Shown here: piece after piece, positions 1 through 11,297 of the stretch
Layout of the letters: every line of letters begins with the position of its first letter
How positions within the stretch are numbered: position 1 is the first letter of the stretch
NCBI GenBank assembly: GCA_965202585.1
Contig: OZ241831.1
Location: 50,034,001-50,098,000, forward strand
Length of the DNA stretch: 64,000 bases
Direction: 5' to 3'
Source of the DNA: Thalia democratica
Lineage: Eukaryota
Notes under the pieces: model-generated
Told to the model about the DNA's origin: nothing
The model's input: the letters and a program-made list of their open reading frames with translations, nothing else
Database searches by the model: none
Program-made: the position numbers and the translations under genes

Positions 1-252
1 AACGTTCGCAATTTTTTCAACCACCGTGTGGCGAACGTGTGCAACTATTCACCCGACTACGAGTTCGACGTTCGAAACATGGTCCGTTTCGTCAACGGGG
101 AGAGCAGAATGAAGTCCATGGTGCCTGAGGTGCAGCGGGTGAGCAGGAAGCTCACTGCAGGTAACCACTGCAAAATTTGCTTGAGTGAAGCAGAACGGGA
201 GTTGAATTCACTGAACGGCAAATACGACTTTGAAAACATTAAGTTGAATTAA
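1..252 (+). other. 3' end of a partial array unit (unit 0)
   Basis: Translates as ...YDFENIKLN* and is essentially identical to the 3' part of the unit at 1570-2691. Confidence 0.9.
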
Positions 253-350
253 AACAATAACTTTCAAAGTTTTTTTTTATTTAATTAATAACTAAATTTC
301 ATCAATGATAAGCTAAGTAAGTATTTAGATTTTTGCAATAAGAACTTATC

Positions 351-1472
351 ATGCGCCAAGGTGGCCAAGTGCGCCAAGTCGCCAAGTCGCATTGTCTATT
401 GATTTTATGTTGCTATAGAAATTCATTAGAACTCCTAAGAAATCAATGCGTTTCGACACTGTTTCGAGGTCGTATGTTCATCGTTTTCATAAACGCCTCT
501 TGTTTTCTTATCGAAGTAGCTATGCCGAAGCTAGTATATATACGCGTCAGTTCGGTTGGAAGTGTGAATTTGTGTGCAAAAAGTCCAGAGAAAGAGAGCT
601 CATATATTCGAAAAGAAGAGAATTATGCAAATTTTCGGACACAATTTTTTAATGATTTTGAGTCTACACCTGAAAGAGTTAGTGAAATCGACTCAGTTGA
701 AATGAGTTTCACCGAAGGGAGTTTCTTCGACAAAGCGGCGTCCGGATTGGTTGAAATAGAGCGGGAGTGGGGCAGGCAACGGGCGTTCAAGAGGTACCTC
801 GAGTCGCTGCTGGTTCAGTGCGAGAAAGTGAACAACGTCAGAAAGCACCACGAGAAGTACATTGCTGAGCAGAAGAAGTTAAAGCAATTTTGCCGCGGCG
901 TGGCGCTGAAGGAAGAGCACAACCGAATGCAGAAAGTCGCTTGGGAGTGGGTTTACAGGAAGGAGGGGGAAGCCAAGCTGGAAAGCGTGTTCATCGGGTA
1001 CTTTTCGTTTTTTCGAAAAATTTTCCTCGTGCAGAGCAGCTTGAAAGAAGAAGACAGGATCGCGCCCAATGGTTGTTCTGTGAAGATCAACAACGAGTTA
1101 GACGCGGCTTCGGAAGCGTTCAAAAAGTTCAGTTCGGACAACGAGTTCTTTTTAAACGACGCCGCCATCAAGCCGAACTTTTTAGTGGACGAACTGCTAG
1201 GTTATGAGATAAACGCCGGCAACGTACGCAACTTTTTCAACCACCGTGTGGCGAACGTGAGCAACTATTCACCCGACTACGAGTTCGACGTTCGAAACAT
1301 GGTCCGTTTCGTCAACGGGAAGAGCGGAATGAAGTTCATGGTGCCTGAGGTGCAGCGGGTGAGCAGGAAGCTCGCTGCAGGTAACAACTGCAAAATTTGC
1401 TTGAGTGAAGCAGAACGAAAGTTGAATTCACTGAACAGCAAATACGACTTTGAAAACATTAAGTTGAATTAA
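351..1472 (+). CDS. RING-less truncated paralog, intact ORF of 373 aa (unit 1)
   Basis: Open frame colinear with the terminal gene to FENI, then KLN*. Expression unknown. Confidence 0.6.
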   Translation: MRQGGQVRQVAKSHCLLILCCYRNSLELLRNQCVSTLFRGRMFIVFINASCFLIEVAMPKLVYIRVSSVGSVNLCAKSPEKESSYIRKEENYANFRTQFFNDFESTPERVSEIDSVEMSFTEGSFFDKAASGLVEIEREWGRQRAFKRYLESLLVQCEKVNNVRKHHEKYIAEQKKLKQFCRGVALKEEHNRMQKVAWEWVYRKEGEAKLESVFIGYFSFFRKIFLVQSSLKEEDRIAPNGCSVKINNELDAASEAFKKFSSDNEFFLNDAAIKPNFLVDELLGYEINAGNVRNFFNHRVANVSNYSPDYEFDVRNMVRFVNGKSGMKFMVPEVQRVSRKLAAGNNCKICLSEAERKLNSLNSKYDFENIKLN

Positions 1473-1569
1473 AACAATAACTTTCAAAGTTTTTTTTATT
1501 TAATTAATAACTAAATTTCATCAATGATAAGCTAAGTAAGTATTTAGATTTTTGCAATAAGAACTTATC

Positions 1570-2691
1570 ATGCGCCAAGGTGGCCAAGTGCGCCAAGTCG
1601 CCAAGTCGCATTGTCTATTGATTTTATGTTGCTATAGAAATTCATTAGAACTCATAAGAAATCAATGCGTTTCGACACTGTTTCGAGGTCGTATGTTCAT
1701 CGTTTTCATAAACGCCTCTTGTTTTCTTATCGAAGTAGCTATGCCGAAGCTCGTATATATACGCGTCAGTTCGGTTGGAAGTGTGAATTTGTGTGCAAAA
1801 AGTCCAGAGAAAGAGAGCTCATATATTCGAAAAGAAGAGAATTATGCAAATTTTCGGACACAATTTTTTAATGATTTTGAGTTTACACCTGAAAGAGTTA
1901 GTGAAATCGACTGCGCAGAAACGAGTTTCACCGAAGGGAGTTTCTTCGACAAAGCGGCGTCCGGATTGGTTGAAATAGAGCGGGAGTGGGGCAGACGACG
2001 GGCGTTCAAGAGGTACCTCGAGTCGCTGCTGGTGCAGTGCGAGAAACTGAACAACGTCAGAAAGCACCACGAAAAGTACATCGCCGAGCAGAAGAATTTC
2101 AAGCAGTTTTGCCGCGGCGTGGCGCTGAAGGGAGAACACAATCGAATGCAGAAAGTCGCTTGGGAGTGGGTTTACAGGAAGGATGGGGAAGCCAAGTTGG
2201 AGAACGTGTTCATCGGGTACTTTTCGTTCTTCCGAAAAATTTTCTTCGTGCAGAGCAGCTTGAGAGAAGAAGACAGGATCGCGCCCAATGGTTGTTTTGT
2301 GAAGATCAACAACGAGTTGGACGCGGCTTCGGAAGCGTTCAAAAAGTTCAGTTCGGAAAACGAGTTCTTTTTGAACAACGCCGCCATCAAGCCGAACTTT
2401 TTAGTGGACGAGCTGCTAGGTTATTAGATAAACGCCGACAACGTTCGCAATTTTTTCAACCACCGTGTGGCGAACGTGTGCAACTATTCACCCGACTACG
2501 AGTTCGACGTTCGAAACATGGTCCGTTTCGTCAACGGGGAGAGCAGAATGAAGTCCATGGTGCCTGAGGTGCAGCGGGTGAGCAGGAAGCTCACTGCAGG
2601 TAACCACTGCAAAATTTGCTTGAGTGAAGCAGAACGGGAGTTGAATTCACTGAACGGCAAATACGACTTTGAAAACATTAAGTTGAATTAA
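1570..2691 (+). pseudogene. Disrupted RING-less copy (unit 2)
   Basis: GAG>TAG at 2425-2427. Confidence 0.8.
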
Positions 2692-2788
2692 AACAATAAC
2701 TTTCAAAGTTTTTTTTATTTAATTAATAACTAAATTTCATCAATGATAAGCTAAGTAAGTATTTAGATTTTTGCAATAAGAACTTATC

Positions 2789-3910
2789 ATGCGCCAAGGT
2801 GGCCAAGTGCGCCAAGTCGCCAAGTCGCATTGTCTATTGATTTTATGTTGCTATAGAAATTCATTAGAACTCCTAAGAAATCAATGCGTTTCGACACTGT
2901 TTCGAGGTCGTATGTTCATCGTTTTCATAAACGCCTCTTGTTTTCTTATCGAAGTAGCTATGCCGAAGCTAGTATATATACGCGTCAGTTCGGTTGGAAG
3001 TGTGAATTTGTGTGCAAAAAGTCCAGAGAAAGAGAGCTCATATATTCGAAAAGAAGAGAATTATGCAAATTTTCGGACACAATTTTTTAATGATTTTGAG
3101 TCTACACCTGAAAGAGTTAGTGAAATCGACTCAGTTGAAATGAGTTTCACCGAAGGGAGTTTCTTCGACAAAGCGGCGTCCGGATTGGTTGAAATAGAGC
3201 GGGAGTGGGGCAGGCAACGGGCGTTCAAGAGGTACCTCGAGTCGCTGCTGGTTCAGTGCGAGAAAGTGAACAACGTCAGAAAGCACCACGAGAAGTACAT
3301 TGCTGAGCAGAAGAAGTTAAAGCAATTTTGCCGCGGCGTGGCGCTGAAGGAAGAGCACAACCGAATGCAGAAAGTCGCTTGGGAGTGGGTTTACAGGAAG
3401 GAGGGGGAAGCCAAGCTGGAAAGCGTGTTCATCGGGTACTTTTCGTTTTTTCGAAAAATTTTCCTCGTGCAGAGCAGCTTGAAAGAAGAAGACAGGATCG
3501 CGCCCAATGGTTGTTCTGTGAAGATCAACAACGAGTTAGACGCGGCTTCGGAAGCGTTCAAAAAGTTCAGTTCGGACAACGAGTTCTTTTTAAACGACGC
3601 CGCCATCAAGCCGAACTTTTTAGTGGACGAACTGCTAGGTTATGAGATAAACGCCGGCAACGTACGCAACTTTTTCAACCACCGTGTGGCGAACGTGAGC
3701 AACTATTCACCCGACTACGAGTTCGACGTTCGAAACATGGTCCGTTTCGTCAACGGGAAGAGCGGAATGAAGTTCATGGTGCCTGAGGTGCAGCGGGTGA
3801 GCAGGAAGCTCGCTGCAGGTAACAACTGCAAAATTTGCTTGAGTGAAGCAGAACGAAAGTTGAATTCACTGAACAGCAAATACGACTTTGAAAACATTAA
3901 GTTGAATTAA
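2789..3910 (+). CDS. RING-less truncated paralog, intact ORF of 373 aa (unit 3, same protein as unit 1)
   Basis: Open frame; translation identical to 351-1472. Confidence 0.6.
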   Translation: MRQGGQVRQVAKSHCLLILCCYRNSLELLRNQCVSTLFRGRMFIVFINASCFLIEVAMPKLVYIRVSSVGSVNLCAKSPEKESSYIRKEENYANFRTQFFNDFESTPERVSEIDSVEMSFTEGSFFDKAASGLVEIEREWGRQRAFKRYLESLLVQCEKVNNVRKHHEKYIAEQKKLKQFCRGVALKEEHNRMQKVAWEWVYRKEGEAKLESVFIGYFSFFRKIFLVQSSLKEEDRIAPNGCSVKINNELDAASEAFKKFSSDNEFFLNDAAIKPNFLVDELLGYEINAGNVRNFFNHRVANVSNYSPDYEFDVRNMVRFVNGKSGMKFMVPEVQRVSRKLAAGNNCKICLSEAERKLNSLNSKYDFENIKLN

Positions 3911-4007
3911 AACAATAACTTTCAAAGTTTTTTTTATTTAATTAATAACTAAATTTCATCAATGATAAGCTAAGTAAGTATTTAGATTTTTGCAATAAGA
4001 ACTTATC

Positions 4008-5129
4008 ATGCGCCAAGGTGGCCAAGTGCGCCAAGTCGCCAAGTCGCATTGTCTATTGATTTTATGTTGCTGTAGAAATTCATTAGAACTCATAAGAAAT
4101 CAATGCGTTTCGACACTGTTTCGAGGTCGTATGTTCATCGTTTTCATAAACGCCTCTTGTTTTCTTATCGAAGTAGCTATGCCGAAGCTCGTATATATAC
4201 GCGTCAGTTCGGTTGGAAGTGTGAATTTGTGTGCATAAAGTCCAGAGAAAGAGAGCTCATATATTCGAAAAAAAGAGAATTATGCAAATTTTCGGACACA
4301 ATTTTTTAATGATTTTGAGTCTACACCTGAAAGAGTTAGTGAAATCGACTGCGCAGAAACGAGTTTCACCAAAGGGAGTTTCTTTGACAAAGCGGCGTCC
4401 GGATTGGTTGAAATAGAGCGGGAGTGGGGCAGGCGACGGGCGTTCAAGAGGTACCTCGAGTCGCTGCTGGTTCAGTGCGAGAAACTGAACAACGTCAGAA
4501 AGCACCACGAAAAGTACATCGCCGAGCAGAAGAATTTCAAGCAATTTTGCCGCGGCGTGGCGCTGAAGGAAGAGCACAATCGAATGCAGAAAGTCGCTTG
4601 GGAGTGGGTTTACAGGAAGGAGGGGGAAGCCAAGCTGGAGAACGTGTTCGTCGGGTATTTTTCGTTTTTTCGAAAAATTTTCCTCGTGCAGAGCAGCTTG
4701 AGAGAAGAAGACAGGATCGCGCCAAATGGTTATTCTGTGAAGATCAACCACGAGTTAGACGCGGCTTCGGAAGCGTTAAAAAAGTTCAGTTCGGACAACG
4801 AGTTCTTTTTGAACAACGCCGCCATCAAGCCGAACTTTTTAGTGGACGAACTGCTGGGTTAAGAGATAAACGCCGGCAACGTACGCAACTTTTTCAACCA
4901 CCGTGTGGCGAACGTAAGCAACTATTCACCCGACTACGAGTTCGACGTTCGAAACATGGTCCGTTTCGTCAACGGGGAGAGCAGAATGAAGTCCATGGTG
5001 CCTGAGGTGCAGCGGGTGAGCAGGAAGCTCGCTGCAGGTAACAACTGCAAAATTTGCTTGAGTGAAGCAGAACAGGAGTTGAATTCACTGAACGGCAAAT
5101 ACGACTTTGAAAACATTAAGTTGAATTAA
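4008..5129 (+). pseudogene. Disrupted RING-less copy (unit 4)
   Basis: AAA>TAA at 4236-4238 and TAT>TAA at 4860-4862. Confidence 0.8.
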
Positions 5130-5227
5130 AACAATAACTTTCAAAGTTTTTTTTTATTTAATTAATAACTAAATTTCATCAATGATAAGCTAAGTAAGTA
5201 TTTAGATTTTTGCAATAAGAACTTATC

Positions 5228-6348
5228 ATGCGCCAAGGTGGCCAAGTGCGCCAAGTCGCCAAGTCGCATTGTCTATTGATTTTATGTTGCTGTAGAAATT
5301 CATTAGAACTCATAAGAAATCAATGCGTTTCGACACTGTTTCGAGGTCGTATGTTCATCGTTTTCATAAACGCCTCTTGTTTTCTTATCGAAGTAGCTAT
5401 GCCGAAGCTAGTATATATACGCGTCAGTTCGGTTGGAAGTGTGAATTTGTGTGCAAAAAGTCCAGAGAAAGAGAGCTCATATATTCGAAAAGAAGAGAAT
5501 TATGCAAATTTTCGGACACAATTTTTTAATGATTTTGAGTTTACACCTGAAAGAGTTAGTGAAATCGACTGCGCAGAAACGAGTTTCACCGAAGGGAGTT
5601 TCTTCGACAAAGCGGCGTCCGGATTGGTTGAAATAGAGCGGGAGTGGGGCAGACGACGGGCGTTCAAGAGGTACCTCGAGTCGCTGCTGGTGCAGTGCGA
5701 GAAACTGAACAACGTCAGAAAGCACCACGAAAAGTACATCGCCGAGCAGAAGAATTTCAAGCAATTTTGCCGCGGCGTGGCGCTGAAGGAACTGCACAAT
5801 CGAATGCAGAAAGTCGCTTGGGAGTGGGTTTACAGGAAGGATGGGGAAGCCAAGTTGGAGAACGTGTTCATTGTGTACTTTTCGTTCTTCCGAATATTTT
5901 CCTCGTGCGAAACAGTTTGAGAGAAGAAGACAGGATCGCGCCCAATGGTTGTTTTGTGAAGATCAACAACGAGTTGGACGCGGCTTCGGAAGCGTTCAAA
6001 AAGTTCAGTTTGGACAACGAGTTCTTTTTGAACAACGCCGCCATCAAGCCGAACTTTTTAGTGGACGAGCTGCTAGGTTATTAGATAAACGCCGACAACG
6101 TTCGCAATTTTTTCAACCACCGTGTGGCGAACGTGTGCAACTATTCACCCGACTACGAGTTCGACGTTCGAAACATGGTCCGTTTCGTCGACGGGGAGAG
6201 CAGAATGAAGTCCATGGTGCCTGAGGTGCAGCGGGTGAGCAGGAAGCTCACAGCAGGTAACCACTACAAAATTTGCTTGAGTGAAGCAGAACGGGAGTTG
6301 AATTCACTGAACGGCAAATACGACTTTGAAAACATTAAGTTGAATTAA
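5228..6348 (+). pseudogene. Disrupted RING-less copy (unit 5)
   Basis: -1 frameshift near 5895 and TAG at 6082-6084. Confidence 0.8.
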
Positions 6349-6446
6349 AACAATAACTTTCAAAGTTTTTTTTTATTTAATTAATAACTAAATTTCATCA
6401 ATGATAAGCTAAGTAAGTATTTAGATTTTTGCAATAAGAACTTATC

Positions 6447-7557
6447 ATGCGCCAAGGTGGCCAAGTGCGCCAAGTCGCCAAGTCGCATTGTCTATTGATT
6501 TTATGTTGCTGTAGAAATTCATTAGAACTCATAAGAAATCAATGCGTTTCGACACTGTTTCGAGGTCGTATGTTCATCGTTTTCATAAACGCCTCTTGTT
6601 TTCTTATCGAAGTAGCTATGCCGAAGCTAGTATATATACGCGTCAGTTCGGTTGGAAGTGTGAATTTGTGTGCAAAAAGTCCAGAGAAAGAGAGCTCATA
6701 TATTCGAAAAGAAGAGAATTATGCAAATTTTCGGACACAATTTTTTAATGATTTTGAGTCTACACCTGAAAGAGTTAGTGAAATCGACTGAAAACGAGTT
6801 TCACCGAAGGGAGTTTCTTCGACAAAGCGGCGTCCGGATTGGTTGAAATAGAGCGGGAGTGGGGCAGGCAACTCAAGAGGTACCTCGAGTCGCTGCTGAT
6901 CCGGTGCGAAGATCTGAACAACGTCAGAAAGCACCACGAAAAGTACATTGCCGAGCAGAAGAATTTCAAGAAGATTTGCCGCGGCGTGGCGCTGAAGGAA
7001 GAGCACAATCGAATGCAGAAAGTCGCTTGGGAGTGGGCATACAGGAAGGAGGGGGAAGCCCAGCTGGAGAACGTGTTCATCGGGTATTTTTCGTTTTTTC
7101 GAAAAATTTTCTTCGTGCAGAGCAGCTTAAGAGAAGAAGACAGGATTGCGCCCAATGGTTATTCTGTGAAGATCAACAACGAGTTAGACGCGGCTTCGGA
7201 AGCTTTTAAAAAGTTCAGTTCGGACAACGAGTTTTTTTAAACGACGCCGCCATCAAGCCGAACTTTTTAGTGGACGAACTGCTAGGTTATGAGATAAACG
7301 CCGGCAACGTACGCAACTTTTTCAACCACCGTGTGGCGCACGTGAGCAACTATTCACCCGACTACGAGTTCGACGTTCGAAACATGATCCGTTTCGTCAA
7401 CGGGGAGAGCAGAATGAAGTCCATGGTGCCTGAGGTGCAGCGGGTGAGCAGGAAGCTCGCTGCAGGTAACAACTGCAAAATTTGCTTGAGTGAAGCAGAA
7501 CAGGAGTTGAACTTACTGAACAGCAAATACGACTTTGAAAACATTAAGTTGAATTAA
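6447..7557 (+). pseudogene. Disrupted RING-less copy (unit 6)
   Basis: Net -4 lesion giving TGA at 6789-6791, an in-frame 6-bp deletion (GRQLKRY), and -1 near 7236. Unit length 1208 = 1219-11. Confidence 0.8.
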
Positions 7558-7654
7558 AACAATAACTTTCAAAGTTTTTTTTATTTAATTAATAACTAAA
7601 TTTCATCAATGATAAACTAAGTAAGTATTTAGATTTTTGCAATAAGAACTTTTC

Positions 7655-8775
7655 ATGCGCCAAGGTGGCCAAGTGCGCCAAGTCGCCAAGTCGCATTGTC
7701 TATTGATTTTATGTTGCTATAGAAATTCATTAGAACTCATAAGAAATCAATGCGTTTCGACACTGTTTCGAGGTCGTATGTTCATCGTTTTCATAAACGC
7801 CTCTTGTTTTCTTATCGAAGTAGCTATGCCGAAGCTAGTATATATACGCGTCAGTTCGGTTGGAAGTGTGAATTTGTGTGCAAAAAGTCCAGAGAAAGAG
7901 AGCTCATATATTCGAAAAGAAGAGAATTATGCAAATTTTCGGACACAATTTTTTAATGATTTTGAGTCTACACCTGAAAGAGTTAGTGAAATCGACTGCG
8001 CAGAAACGAGTTTCATCGAAGGGTGTTTCTTCGACAAACAGCGTCCGGATTGGTTGAAATAGAGCGGGAGTGGGGCAGGCAACGGGCGTTCAAGAGGTAC
8101 CTCGAGTCGCTGCTGATCCGGTGCGAGGAACTGAACAACGTCAGAAAGCACCACGAAAAGTACATTGCCGAGCAGAAGAATTTCAAGCAGTTTTGCCGCG
8201 GCGTGGCGCTGAAGGAAGAGCACAATCGAATGCAGAAAGTCGCTTGGGAGTGGGTTTACAGGAAGGAGGGGGAAGCCAAGCTGGAGAACATGTTCATCGG
8301 GTACTTTTCGTTTTTACGAAAAATTTTCTTCGTGCAGAGCAGCTTGAGAGAAGAAGACAGGATTGCGCCCAATGGTTTTTCTGTGCAGATCAACAACGAG
8401 TTAGACGCGGCTTCGGAAGTGTTCAAAAAGTTCAGTTCGGACAACGAGTTCTTTTCAAACGACGCCGCCATCAAGCCGAACTTTTTAGTGGACGAACTGC
8501 TAGGTTATGAGATAAACGCCGGCAACGTGCGCAACTTTTTCAACCACCGTGTGGCGCACTTGAGGAACTATTCACCCGACTACGAGTTCGACGTTCGAAA
8601 CATGGTCCGTTTCGTCAACGGGGAGAGCGGAATGAAGTCCATGGTGCCTGAGGTGCAGCGGGTGAGCAGGAAGCTCGCTGCAGGTAACAACTGCAAAATT
8701 TGCTTGAGTGAAGCAGAACGGGAGTTGAATTTGCTGAACAACAAATACGACTTTGAAAACATTAAGTTGAATTAC
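7655..8775 (+). pseudogene. Disrupted RING-less copy (unit 7)
   Basis: -1 frameshift near 8038; terminal TAA mutated to TAC. Confidence 0.8.
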
Positions 8776-8872
8776 AACAATAACTTTCAAAGTTTTTTTT
8801 ATTTAATTAATAACTAAATTTCATCAATGATAAACTAAGTAAGTATTTAGATTTTTGCAATAAGAACTTATC

Positions 8873-9983
8873 ATGCGCCAAGGTGGCCAAGTGCGCCAAG
8901 TCGCCAAGTCGCATTGTCTATTGATTTTATGTTGCTATAGAAATTCATTAGAACTCATAAGAAATCAATGCGTTTCGACACTGTTTCGAGGTCGTATGTT
9001 CATCGTTTTCATAAACGCCTCTTGTTTTCTTATCGAAGTAGCTATGCCGAAGCTAGTATATATACGCGTCAGTTCGGTTGGAAGTGTGAATTTGTGTGCA
9101 AAAAGTCCAGAGAAAGAGAGCTCATATATTCGAAAAGAAGAGAATTATGCAAATTTTCGGACACAATTTTTTAATGATTTTGAGTCTACACCTGAAAGAG
9201 TTAGTGAAATCGACTGAAAACGAGTTTCACCGAAGGGAGTTTCTTCGACAAAGCGGCGTCCGGATTGGTTGAAATAGAGCGGGAGTGGGGCAGGCAACTC
9301 AAGAGGTACCTCGAGTCGCTGCTGATCCGGTGCGAAGATCTGAACAACGTCAGAAAGCACCACGAAAAGTACATTGCCGAGCAGAAGAATTTCAAGAAGA
9401 TTTGCCGCGGCGTGGCGCTGAAGGAAGAGCACAATCGAATGCAGAAAGTCGCTTGGGAGTGGGCATACAGGAAGGAGGGGGAAGCCCAGCTGGAGAACGT
9501 GTTCATCGGGTATTTTTCGTTTTTTCGAAAAATTTTCTTCGTGCAGAGCAGCTTAAGAGAAGAAGACAGGATTGCGCCCAATGGTTATTCTGTGAAGATC
9601 AACAACGAGTTAGACGCGGCTTCGGAAGCTTTTAAAAAGTTCAGTTCGGACAACGAGTTTTTTTAAACGACGCCGCCATCAAGCCGAACTTTTTAGTGGA
9701 CGAACTGCTAGGTTATGAGATAAACGCCGGCAACGTACGCAACTTTTTCAACCACCGTGTGGCGAACGTGAGCAACTATTCACCCGACTACGAGTTCGAC
9801 GTTCGAAACATGGTCCGTTTCGTCAACGGGGAGAGCGGAATGAAGTCCATGGTGCCTGAGGTGCAGCGGGTGAGCAGGAAGCTCGCTGCAGGTAACAACT
9901 GCAAAATTTGCTTGAGTGAAGCAGAACAGGAGTTGAACTTGCTGAACAACAAATACGACTTTGAAAACATTAAGTTGAATTAA
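8873..9983 (+). pseudogene. Disrupted RING-less copy (unit 8)
   Basis: Same lesions as unit 6 (TGA at 9215-9217). Confidence 0.8.
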
Positions 9984-10078
9984 AACAATAACTTTCAAAG
10001 TTTTTTATTTAATTAATAACTAAATTTCATCAATGATAAGCTAAGTAAGTATTTAGATTTTTGCAATAAGAACTTATC

Positions 10079-11200
10079 ATGCGCCAAGGTGGCCAAGTGC
10101 GCCAAGTCGCCAAGTCGCATTGTCTATTGATTTTATGTTGCTATAGAAATTCATTAGAACTCATAAGAAATCAATGCGTTTCGACACTGTTTCGAGGTCG
10201 TATGTTCATCGTTTTCATAAACGCCTCTTGTTTTCTTATCGAAGTAGCTATGCCGAAGCTCGTATATATACGCGTCAGTTCGGTTGGAAGTGTGAATTTG
10301 TGTGCAAAAATTCCAGAGAAAGAGAGCTCATATATTCGAAAAAAAGAGAATTATGCAAATTTTCGGACACAATTTTTGAGTGATTTTGAGTCTACACCTG
10401 AAAGAGTTAGTGAAATCGACTGCGCAGAAACGAGTTTCACCGAAAGGAGTTTCTTCGACAAAGCGGCATCCGGATTGGTTGAAATAGAGCGGGAGTGGGG
10501 CAGGCGACGGGCGTTCAAGAGGTACCTCGAGTCGCTGCTGCTCCAGTGCGAGAAACTGAACAACGTCAGAAAGCACCACGAAAAGTACGTCGCCGAGCAG
10601 AAAAAGTTCAAGCAGTTTTGCCGCGGCGTGTCGCTGAAGGAAGAGCACAATCGAATGCAGAAAGTCGCTTGGGAGTGGGTTTACAGGAAGGAGGGGGGAG
10701 CCAAGCTGGAGAACGTGTTCATCGGGTATTTTTCGTTTTTTCGAAAAATTTTCCTCGTGCAGAGCAGCTTGAGAGAAGAAGACAGGATCGCGCCAAATGG
10801 TTGTTCTGTGAAGATCAACAACGAGTTGGACGCGGCTTCGGAAGCGTTTAAAAAGTTCAGTTCGGACAACGAGTTCTTTTTAAACGACGCCGCCATCAAG
10901 CCGCACTTTTTAGTGGACGAACTGCTGGATTATGAGATAAACGCCGGCAACGTACGCAACTTTTTCAACCACCGTGTGGCGCACGAGAGCAACTATTCAC
11001 CCGACTACGAGTTCGACATTCGAAACATGGTCCGTTTCGTCAACGGGGAGAGCAGAATGAAGTCCATGGTGCCTGAGGTGCAGCGAGTGAGCAGGAAGCT
11101 CGCTGCAGGTAGCCACTGCAAAATTTGCTTGAGTGAAGCAGAACGAGAGTTGAACTTGCTGAACAGCAAATACGACTTTGAAAACATTAAGTTGAATTAA
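10079..11200 (+). CDS. RING-less truncated paralog, intact ORF of 373 aa (unit 9)
   Basis: Open frame ending KLN*. Confidence 0.6.
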   Translation: MRQGGQVRQVAKSHCLLILCCYRNSLELIRNQCVSTLFRGRMFIVFINASCFLIEVAMPKLVYIRVSSVGSVNLCAKIPEKESSYIRKKENYANFRTQFLSDFESTPERVSEIDCAETSFTERSFFDKAASGLVEIEREWGRRRAFKRYLESLLLQCEKLNNVRKHHEKYVAEQKKFKQFCRGVSLKEEHNRMQKVAWEWVYRKEGGAKLENVFIGYFSFFRKIFLVQSSLREEDRIAPNGCSVKINNELDAASEAFKKFSSDNEFFLNDAAIKPHFLVDELLDYEINAGNVRNFFNHRVAHESNYSPDYEFDIRNMVRFVNGESRMKSMVPEVQRVSRKLAAGSHCKICLSEAERELNLLNSKYDFENIKLN

Positions 11201-11297
11201 AACAATAACTTTCAAAGTTTTTTTTATTTAATTAATAACTAAATTTCATCAATGATAAGCTAAGTAAGTATTTAGATTTTTGCAATAAGAACTTATC

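Noticed and set aside
446-652. Recurrent 68-aa alternative-frame ORF (MRFDTVSRSY...) and other short overlapping ORFs on both strands of every unit
   Set aside because: These are shadow ORFs that recur only because the DNA is repeated. They have no recognisable motifs and are lost in some units (25, 28).
1375-1390. Protocadherin-like splicing of each variable unit (CAG|GTAAC donor) onto the common RING segment
   Set aside because: The RING segment is contiguous with the last unit, and I found no in-phase acceptor with a pyrimidine tract there. It would need junction reads as evidence.
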